From the NCBI GenBank assembly GCA_973895155.1, contig OZ316891.1, forward strand, positions 19,183,048 to 19,247,047: a stretch of DNA of 64,000 nt. Direction: 5' to 3'. Under the pieces are notes generated by a model. The model searched no databases. It was not told where the DNA came from and saw only the letters and a list, made by a program, of their open reading frames with translations. Made by a program: the position numbers and the translations under genes. This document shows, one piece after another, positions 53,400 to 62,800 of the stretch. The stretch comes from Marsupella aquatica. Taxonomy: Eukaryota; Plantae; Marchantiophyta. The first letter of the stretch is position 1. Each line of letters opens with the position of its first letter.

Positions 53400-53541
53400 T
53401 GTTATACCCTAACTAGACTCCATGGTTATCTTAACCATAGTTACCGTATAGGATAACTCGGACGGAGACTATATATAGAGATGCACCCATTCATTCTATA
53501 GAGAGGAATCTCATTATCATTTCCCGCATCATTCTTCAACA
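53400..53541 (+). repeat. 3' LTR of outer non-autonomous element (uninterrupted)
   Basis: TGTTATACCC...TCAACA contains a single GGACG (the empty insertion site) directly upstream of a CTATATATAG TATA-like box. Confidence 0.93.
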
Positions 53542-54357
53542 GTGTAAATATAATAGAAAATTGTTACTGAATAAATTGTTCGGTGCCATTGATTGTCACC
53601 ATATATCAGTAATGATCGAATCATTCCTGGCTACCATAGTGTTGGGCACCCTGCAACTAATTTATGCTATTCAATTGTTTAGTAGGTTTTCAAAATCAAA
53701 TACCAAAGTCCAACCAAACAAATTACATCAGTGGTTTTATTCCATCACTAGCCTAACCTTGCTAGATAGATGGTGTGCACTATCTGTTCCCCCATCTTCT
53801 TCTCAACATGCCTCTGACCTTTAGTATATCAAATTATAATACATATATTTATATATAAAATATATGTAAATGTATATAAAGTAAATACATACTATGATTC
53901 CCCGATCGAAGTCTACCCTTCATGATTTTTTCTAGACATGAGTGAAACCTTTTTTTCCCCTTTCTAAAGACTGCTCACCGATAGAAAGCTATTGCTAAAA
54001 GCCACACAAGAAACGAGAAAAAAGGCGTCATTGCGCAGTCACTGAGCGCAACACGTGAATTAAAATTTGCATTCCCGAAAGAGAAAAAAATCCCCTATAA
54101 CTTTTAACAGGGGGGGGGGGGAACGATCGTATAAAACCCGGTGTGATATTGCTTTACCGCTCTTTTCGCTGTTCACACTGTTCGCAATAGTACAGCCTTT
54201 GAGCTCCCGCAGAAGGGGTCGCTTGTGGCCGGGCAGACACGGCCTGGGGAGGGGCTTCACTCTCAGCAACAAAATGCGGTCGAGAAGTAGTCACACATTG
54301 CGATTGAAGCTCGGGCCCTCCTCGATTGACTGAAGGAGAAGTTGGCGTTGAAGGAAA

Positions 54358-55178
54358 GTAAGTAAGTTTGCTGTCGATTCCTGTAGCGATGGACGTGTTT
54401 GCATGGTGGGAGTGGCTTTTTGGCTAGTGGATTGCTTCTTGTTCCGGTGTCATCTGGGGACTTGTTTACTCTTCTCTTTGCGGTTGGGGACTTGTACAGT
54501 ACTCCTCTGACTGGAAGAGAGCTGCTCCAATTTTGGGCAGTCATGTGATTGGACGCCTTTGGCAGCACTGCCATCACTGATCGTCAGGGCCCAGTGATCC
54601 AGTTGCTGGTCGGTCGATGACGCGATGAAATCTCACCCTGCCATTGTGGAATATCGGGAAGCGAATGTGAGTATCGTCTTCGAGGATCGTTGAGAATGGT
54701 TGGGGCCCCATTACACGCAACAGGGTGAAGAGGTCGTGTACAGACGTACGATGTGACAGGGTGGTGTGATGTTTATTGCTGGCTCTCGTAGGAGCATCGA
54801 TACTTGATGTCTCCGTTAGGGCGTGAAACTTTAATGTCACGTCGATCAGTTGTCGCTCTCGTTGAGCATCGATTCAATGCTCATCGACAGACTTCTCGTA
54901 GGGCGGGACTCCTTGGTGCCACAGTTGGAGCTTCAGGATTGAACCAGCTCTAGTCAATAGTCCGATATTGAGTGCTCGTCTCTGAAACGGAGGAGCGACG
55001 TTTTGTTGCTGTATTGGTTGGTAGCTCTTTCGACTACTTGAACTGATCCGATCTACTTCATTTTGCTTCCGGACAAAGTAGTTGCGCGTTTGTTGGAGAT
55101 GTTCCACTTCCGGACAAAGTAGTTCCACATTTGTCGTGCAAGTTCTAACGCTCCTATTGTACGTACTTTTGTGTCCAG
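54358..55178 (+). other. Putative 5'-UTR intron of the DUF1647-like gene
   Basis: Donor GTAAGT at 54358 (or 54362), branch-point-like CTAAC at 55145-55149, acceptor TTTTGTGTCCAG ending at 55178, 97 nt before the ATG. Confidence 0.45.
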
Positions 55179-55275
55179 GCGACGCGGAAAGCGCAAGCAC
55201 ATGAGTGATGTCCACATCTTGGTCTGGCTCCATTCTCCGCGGAGTCTGCTAGATCATCCTTAGAAAAGTAGAGAA

Positions 55276-57042
55276 ATGAAGCTTCATGCAGGAGTAAAAC
55301 TTCCGGTGGTTCGTCTGGATTCCAAATGTCGGAGGTTGAAGAAGCTGGAGTGCGATTTGCCAGCTTTGCAGATGGGGAAGACTCGTTGCACTCTGATTTC
55401 GGCACTGTGCAGCTCTTTCCCCAGGGCATCCGCTAAGACTTACTTAGTAAGCTGCACGGCTTGCATGGTCTTGGTTTTTGGGCTCGTCGCATTGCTACAG
55501 GTAGGCTCATTTGTTCCAGGAGGGATTGTTTCGCCACGGGCGACTATCCTCGCGGTCAAGCTTCAATTTCTGATAGGGCGAGAGTGGCGGCACATTACGG
55601 GCTTTCACACCTCTAATTACACATACGAAGGTTATGTTCCTTCATATGCTGCAGATTCATCTGAATGCTTAGCTTCGGAATCTTCCGCATTAGCAAATCT
55701 GATTCCTCCGAGTACCATAGAGAGCTCCCCAGTGGCCGAGCTTGATTACGATGTCTGCCTGTCGATTTCCATCGGAGACGATGGAGATCTACCAAATGAC
55801 AAGGCTCTTCCATATCCGCTCGTGTCACGCCTGACTGATGCGCTCAAGGAAGAAGCAGTATTGTCCAGGAAGTACGGGGGAAAGGATCCTTCTGAGGACG
55901 TGCAGGTGTTGATCGGAGTGGATTTTGGATCCATTGTCTGTGCGATCGTCCGGGACACCTTCGCCGAGTTGCCAGGTGTGAATGCACAATGCAGGGCATT
56001 CTCCGAGCTCGAGGAGGGAACGAAATGCGGAAAGCTCGTGGCCGGATCCAGCAAGCGCTTCGTGCTTCAGGTACCGGAACAATGGGGCGAGGCAGTGGAA
56101 TGGCAGAGCCGACGATTGGTAGATCTCGACTGTGTGGATCCCTCGCATCAACCGCCTGTTCTTCCAGAGAAGGATTGGCAGCCTACCATCGTGACAGGAT
56201 TCAGTAGCAACCACATGACCGTTGGCCTCCTGCTGCTGCGGTCCATCGGGAAAGCTGTCAGGGATAGTGATGGATCGTTTAATGTCTCCGTTGTCGTCTG
56301 GGCAATGGAGGTATTCGACTCTGTGCACCAAGAGCTGCTGGACTGTGTCATGGACGAGCTGATTCATGAGTACCGCGTGAAAGCTGAGGTGAGGCTGTTC
56401 GACTGGTCTGCTTACCCTTCATGGATGCGCATCAACCAAAATCTAGGCTACTTTGGAGGAACGGGGGAGTACGCATGGAAGGCGGTCATGGTCCATACTG
56501 TTCTTCGCGAGAGGGGCATTGTGATCTGGGGCGATGCCGGAGATCGGTTCCACGACACGGAGTCGCTCATCGAGACCCTTAAAGTTTTGAACTCCACTGG
56601 TTTCGTCTCCCGGACCTCGCACGGCTACGTTTACACCCGTACTCACCCTCTGGTTTTGAAATACTTCAGAGCGAACATCCCTGAAATTTGGGATAGGGAG
56701 AACTGCGAAGCTGCGTTGGTCGGATTCACACTGAAAAAGTACACGGAACTTGCTCGGCCTTGGTATGATTGTTCGATCACTAGACAGTGCATCGCTCCTG
56801 ACGGATCCGACAGGAGTAATCACCGTCAAGATCAGGCTGCCCTGACTATGCTCTCCATTTTGTCCAAGAGCCCATGCACTGGCGCCCATCCTAATTTCAG
56901 CCATCATGCAGACGACGATCCGACATTGAAGGACATATCGGGTACTTACCTCACGAAATGTTATGTTGACCCTCTCATTTTGAGTAACCAAGGGACCGTG
57001 AAACCTCCCCCTGCTAATCGGCCTCATGGAATTATCAATTAA
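55276..57042 (+). CDS. DUF1647-like protein; putative type II membrane glycosyltransferase-like (GT-A-like) enzyme, 588 aa, intronless CDS
   Basis: Long uninterrupted ORF with an N-terminal hydrophobic anchor (ACMVLVFGLVALLQV). The C-terminal domain has IVTGFSSNH, FDWSAYP, YAWK, VIWGDAG, THP and WYDC...CIAPDGSDRSNHRQDQAALT, the motif order I associate with DUF1647 proteins. Confidence 0.8.
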   Translation: MKLHAGVKLPVVRLDSKCRRLKKLECDLPALQMGKTRCTLISALCSSFPRASAKTYLVSCTACMVLVFGLVALLQVGSFVPGGIVSPRATILAVKLQFLIGREWRHITGFHTSNYTYEGYVPSYAADSSECLASESSALANLIPPSTIESSPVAELDYDVCLSISIGDDGDLPNDKALPYPLVSRLTDALKEEAVLSRKYGGKDPSEDVQVLIGVDFGSIVCAIVRDTFAELPGVNAQCRAFSELEEGTKCGKLVAGSSKRFVLQVPEQWGEAVEWQSRRLVDLDCVDPSHQPPVLPEKDWQPTIVTGFSSNHMTVGLLLLRSIGKAVRDSDGSFNVSVVVWAMEVFDSVHQELLDCVMDELIHEYRVKAEVRLFDWSAYPSWMRINQNLGYFGGTGEYAWKAVMVHTVLRERGIVIWGDAGDRFHDTESLIETLKVLNSTGFVSRTSHGYVYTRTHPLVLKYFRANIPEIWDRENCEAALVGFTLKKYTELARPWYDCSITRQCIAPDGSDRSNHRQDQAALTMLSILSKSPCTGAHPNFSHHADDDPTLKDISGTYLTKCYVDPLILSNQGTVKPPPANRPHGIIN

Positions 57043-58834
57043 GCAGATGGATATAAAGTTAGGGATCTAGCCAGGGAAACAGAAGTGACATGATGAGAGT
57101 TTGCAGCGGAGTGCTGGCTATGGCGGTGCTCTGTAATTCCTCCTGAACCCTATTCTTCCTTTGGAACGATCTTTGGTGGCAATGCCAGGCTTCCATTGCT
57201 TCATTTAGTAAATGCAATGCAAGTCATCCCGGCACAGAAGATGTCCGTGGACTGCCCGTTTATCTCCCAGTGGAGATCTGTGATGTTCTCAATCGTGGAA
57301 GGCTTTTACTAATCACGAGAGGAAAACTTGACGAGTCACATGATAACCGAGCTCAAGCAGTCTTTGGCAGTCCCTTATTTTCATACCGGGCAGCCTTTCG
57401 GCGATGAAAGCTGGGCAAGGTTGCTTAAGGATGAGACGGGCAATCTAGCGAGATGAGAATTTAATTAGACAGCCTCCGTCGGGGCAATGCTCGTCCCTCT
57501 CGTGGTACCATGAAGAGGGCAGCGGGCGGGACCGACCTGGCATGGAGAGTTGTCGTCTGAGACACGTGATGGGTGCGAAGGCAACTTATCACGCGCTCGG
57601 GATATTCCAGGTGTGAGCAATCGTGCTGAAGATTTGGGCCGCCTTTAGTTCACGAAGTCTGGGGAGACTGCCTCCTGGGTACGGACAGTCGGACAGACAG
57701 ACGGTATTACGATCAGACAGAAGGTACTACTGTAGAGCTTTCGCTGAGCTCAGGGATTCTTTTCTTGCTTCGGTCTATTTTTCCAGCTTTCCGGAAGCAG
57801 TATGTAACGGCATTTTGTCACCATGATTAGGTTATAGATTAGATTAGATACAGGCGACAAAAATCGATTCCCGTTGTATTTTATCAGGTTGATGATCAAC
57901 AGGGCCATGAAACATACGAGTCTTTTAGCTTAGGAACGAGGTTTGAAGTAATTGAGTGAGCTTCGACTGCTGTTGTATAATTTAACACTCAATGGCCTTT
58001 AGTGAAGTCATCCGCAAGGCCGCTCGTCCTCTAGACGCACCCGGGCCAGCAAATATAAGCTCGGTGGTTTGTCGTCATCAGCCAATTCTTTGACAAGATT
58101 GTATATAGAAAATTGTTCATCTGGCATGATTGTGGATTGTGCTCAGATGCCGGGTTTCGATTTATGCAAGTCCATATCCACTTAGGCAACGGGTTGGACA
58201 TTTTTGACAGAGATGGTGTTTCGTGATTCACTGAAATTTAATCAATTCAGCTTAACTTCGTATTTCTAGAATGAGAGTCGTTTATTTCTCTCCTTCCCTC
58301 GTGGCAAAATGACAATGTCTTCCCGATTTACTGCAATGCTTATCTGATCACCTCGCAAAGTATCTGCATTTCCAACGCAAAACGCCGAACTGGGAGTTGA
58401 GTATGGAAAACAACTTCCTCAATATCCGAGTCTATTTGTTTTGATGTCCTTGAGACGCAGCTGTATTTTCAACGCAGCGATAAGCACTGGAAGTTCTGGG
58501 CCTTCTGCCAGATGAAAAGAATGGAGCCACATTTTCTCGATGTCTTTTTCTCGTTGTCTTCAAAGTATGAGCGCAGAAATTGTCCCTCATCTGACCTTCT
58601 CTCGTCTGACGAGCTACTTTTTCTCTCACTCTGGTGGCTTACAGCCTAACACAATCATGTGACCTCTCGTCCGCAGAGCTACTTTTATTCTCGCCCTTTG
58701 TTGTTGGCAAACACAATCATGAAGAAGTTCAACTTGAGCTGGGAAGGCAGACTGGACTTCTGTTCTGTACATGAGTGGGTGCTCCAGGACTAGAATGAGG
58801 TTCCTGCAACTTACATCTCTGTAGTCAGAAAGGA

Positions 58835-58960
58835 AAGGATAATGGTTGCCTGGTCTTGGGTTACTAGCCTGTAATCCGGTGACCAGAAAGAGGAGAACTT
58901 TAGGGTGAGCTTTTCTGAGCTTTCTTGGAGTGGGGTTCAGGCTAGAACCCCCTGCCAAGA
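58835..58960 (+). repeat. Dispersed repeat family, copy 3
   Basis: Matches 35740-35870 (TTGGGTTACTAGCCTGTAA...GTGACCAGAAAG...GCTTTTCTGAGCTTT). Confidence 0.75.
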
Positions 58961-59604
58961 TCTCCATTATAGTAGTAACTTATTGTTTGGGAAAGGGTTA
59001 CATCTCTTGGATAACATGTACTTCCAACAATGGTTACACACCAGGAAACTAAACCAACCAACAAGAGGGATCACGTTAGTGCTCCATTGATCATGGTTGT
59101 GGAGCCTACTACTACTATACTCTACTACTATACTCTAAAATTAATGTAGACTGACGACAGAGAGACTACTTCGTCATATGCTGTATTCCCAAGATAGAGC
59201 CTACCACTGCTATACTCTAAAACTAGTGTAGACTGCCCGACAGGGACTACTTTTTGTCATATACTACCCCCGTCTTGCACTGTCCTTCCAAACCATATAT
59301 CACCTTGCCAAAACGACACTAAGAGACTAACCCCAAACTGGAAGACATGATACCAAAGGTTAAAGAACTCAATAAGGGGAGGAAGTGAAAGACCCAAAGA
59401 AAACCATAGATATAAACAATGGTCCCTATAGGATTTCAAGAAGTTGAAAGGACGCCCATAAGACTTTCATATCTGGGTTATGGCCAGCTTGAACGGGCAC
59501 GAAGGCTACCGTATTCAGTGAAAGCTGAGCCTCTGAAATTGATGCTTCACGGGCAAGCCAGTCCGTGTGTAGTCAGTGAAACTACTTTTGTTTTATTAGC
59601 TGCA

Positions 59605-59802
59605 CACTTTGAGATGTGGGCCCAGCAATTAGTCCAACTAGTCTGAGTGCCTATTCTTTCCTATTCTTGGAACTGAAGTCACTTCACTTTGAGATGTAGG
59701 TCCAGCAAATTAGTCCAACTAGCTCAACTAGCTTGAGTCACTTTGAAATGTAGGCCCAACAATTAGTTCGAGTAGCTAAACTAGCCTGAGTGTCCATTCT
59801 TT
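59605..59802. repeat. Three degenerate tandem units
   Basis: CACTTTGA(G/A)ATGT(G/A)GG(C/T)CCA(G/A)CAA...TTAGT(C/T)C(A/G)A at ~59605, ~59685 and ~59739. Confidence 0.8.
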
Positions 59803-59879
59803 GAACACAAATCATTGAAGTTTTGAGTACGGTGAACTCATAACAGTTGGTCTTTGAGCTCCCGGCTATGGAGTTCACA

Positions 59880-62800
59880 CTGTAGCATAGTTTTCGCGCC
59901 ACTTCGACTACCCTCTCGCACTCAGTTTTTCTCGGAATCCAGTTTTCTCAGTTGCATTAGCTTGCTCTTGTCGAGGCGCATCAAATCGATATAAAACACG
60001 TCCAAAACGGTGCCGTATCGACATACTTATGGTCACATTCGTTTTCGCCGTTTTTCAGTCGTTTTTCTGTGATTTTCGTCTTCCTTTCGACGGTCATATC
60101 TCGGTCAATCTTTCACGGATTTCAGATTTCTCAAGTTCTTTGTATAGCTCTTCTCCGGGAGCATCAGATTGATCCCAAGAGCAGTCCAATTGGTCTCCTA
60201 TTGCCCCGATTGGACTTTGATTAGCTCTCACGTTTTTTCTTCAATTTCCACCGTTCTCACTTTCAATTAGCTTTAGGGTCCTGTAGCAGTTCCTCGTTCA
60301 CGGAATCCGGCATTCTCATGTGATTTGGCCAGCTCTTGTCCGGGAGTGCAACATCTATCCCTACCGCGGTCCTTTTGGTGACATATCAACCACTTTTGGC
60401 TCCGATTACGATTCTGATTTACTCCTCCATTTTTGGTGACGGTTTCTCTTGATCAGCTTTGGAGCATTCTTGTCTTGCCACGTTTCTCCTCCAATTGGTG
60501 GTTGCCTTTCTTCTTCAGTTCTGACAAGGTGGTTTTTGCCAAGTTTAGTGGACCAGTTTGCATTCCACCATCTTTGGGAGCTGTAGCAACACGCTCAAAT
60601 CAGCGGAGAGATATTCACTCGCATCGACTCCTCAACGGACACATCGACGAGAGCTCCAGCTTTGTTCCCGGCTGTGCCTGCACGTGCTCAACGGTTTTCT
60701 AGGCTAGCGGTGGCGCCGCTTCTCGGATTTTGACGCGGTGGGCTCTCTCCATAGCCTTCCCTTTCTTTTCACATGTCTTGGTTGGGCCTTTTGTCGCTTC
60801 TTGATGCGCTTTTGCTTTTATCGGGTTGCGACCTGTCATGTCTACGTTGAGAGTGTTGGCGCGGGGCAAGCGCCCAGCCCCCCCACACAGTTCTCCCCCC
60901 TCCTCCCCCCCGCCTCGTGGTCGCCTTCGCGTTTGCTCTTCTTCATTGGATCTCTCTCATCTTCGTGATGACCCCATGCCCGATGTTCTACCAGTCCCCC
61001 CAGTCTACTGCCCACCCCATCGACGCCCTGGGTCCTCTCCCCAGCCCATTCCCCCTCCACCCCTCCAGCATCCCCCTCCGGCCTCTTCATCCACGTCGGT
61101 TCCCCCCCCACCTCCTGTCCAGTCGTTCCCTGCTCCCTCCCCAGACGAGCGTCCCCTGCATACTTGTCCTGAGTGTGGCTGGGTTGGCCTCTCCCTTCCT
61201 CATCACCGCGGGCGGGGCCGGTGCCAACGTCGTCAGCAAGCCCAATCCCAGCCCCAGCCCCCTCTTGACCCAGTTAGCTCTGCCCCTCCTTCCTTGGAGG
61301 CTTCCGAGCAGGCATGGAGTTGGGTTCGCTCTCTAGACCCCCTTCTAGCCTACCATCCAGGGTACATTAGACCTCGCCTTTATAACCACATCCCACTAGC
61401 GTTGCGCCCATTAGTTCGGTCATCCTTGTTGCAACTCATGCAGCTTATCTTGGCGCATCCTATCGAGGTCTCCGATTGGTCTTTACTCATGCTTTTTCCA
61501 CAGTGGACTCTTACCCTCCCTAGTCACGGTGGTCGCGTGGGTCATCGTGAGACTGCCTCTCGTATCCATCATTTTCTGCGGGGAGATTGGGAACAGCTTC
61601 AGGAAGAGTACTTTCTTCGAGCCCGTTCCTTTACTACCCGTGCTTTGTCTGACCCAGCTCGCCACTCTCATCCTCCAGAGCACAGACGCCTTCGTCGCTC
61701 TTGTCGTTTGGCCCAGGCTGGTGAATATCGTCGTGCGGTCCAGGCCCTTTCTCCCACCACACCAGCCCCCCTGGCAAGGTCACCTTGACGGCCCTTCAGG
61801 ATCTCCATCCGCAGCCCTATGATCAGCTCCCTTTGTTCGTGGAGGATTTTGAGCCTGAGGAGGATCTTCAGTTTAGTAGGGACCACTTCACCTATGCTTT
61901 CCTCCATGCTCCGCGTTGCGCGGCTGGTGGCCCCTCTGGCTATGTCTTTGAGCATTTTCGTGATTTATTCCCCCCTGAGGATCCTCAGTCTGGTTTTCCA
62001 GTTTTCTTCTCCTTTTGCCAGTGTATTGTTGCCGGCCGTTTGCCTCCTCCCGTCTCTCGGCTTTTGAGTGCTTCTCATTTATTGGCCATGGCTAAGTCTT
62101 CACCGGGTGTTCGGCCCATAGCTATTGGAGAGGTTTTTCTTCGTCTGGTGTCTCGCGCACTTTCATCGCAGTATCGCTCTGCACTATCGGATCATCTCTC
62201 TCCACATCAGTTTGCAGTGGGCGTTCCTGGCGGTTGTGAGACAGTTATTGCGGGTATTCGTATTACCTTGGACCTCCACCCTGATTGGGTTGTCCTCCAG
62301 GTTGATGTCTCCAATGCTTTCAATACGGTTTCTCGGGCAACAATTTTTCGTGCTTTGAGGGCAGCGGATCCAGACATCCAGTCCCTTATCCCCTTTGTCC
62401 GTTGTTTTTATGGGTTCGAGGCCCCCCTCTTCTATAGTCATCACACCTCTACAGGAGCGTATACCACTCTTTCTTCTGCAGAAGATACACGTCAGGGTGA
62501 CCCTTTGGGTGGGCCTCTTTTTGCCATTGCACATTTTACTGCTTTACGAGAAGCCTCCGCGGCCCACCCCCAGTGTATCTTCCCCTCCCTTTCAGATGAC
62601 ACCCACATCATTGGTCCACCTGTTGCTGTTACTTCTGCCCTCGCCACCCTTTCCACCCATTTGTTGGGCCTCGGTTTACGAGTTCAGCCGGTGAAGAGTC
62701 GTGCATGGAGTCCAGCTGGGTTACCCTCTGATCTTGCGCTTCCCCCTGGGTTCTTACGTCCTACCGACGGTCTTCGGGTCCTTGGCTCCCCAGTCGGTAC

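Larger units (their letters stand above)
43990..53541 (+). mobile_element. Non-autonomous Ty1/copia-derived LTR element (Bianca/Lyco-like, half-tRNA-Ile PBS), 142-bp LTRs; 5' LTR interrupted by a younger copia
   Basis: 5' LTR = 43990-44054 plus 50110-50186; 3' LTR = 53400-53541. TG...CA ends. TSD GTGTA at 43985-43989 and 53542-53546. PBS CGTTATCAACACGA at 50187-50200. PPT AAGGGGGAG at 53391-53399. 5 LTR mismatches in 142 bp. No gag/pol ORF in 50187-53399. Confidence 0.9.

Noticed and set aside
61760-61790. Programmed -1 ribosomal frameshift in the CRE ORF
   Set aside because: No canonical X XXY YYZ slippery heptamer with A/U runs, and CRE elements are normally single-ORF. A 1-bp loss in the C-run is simpler.
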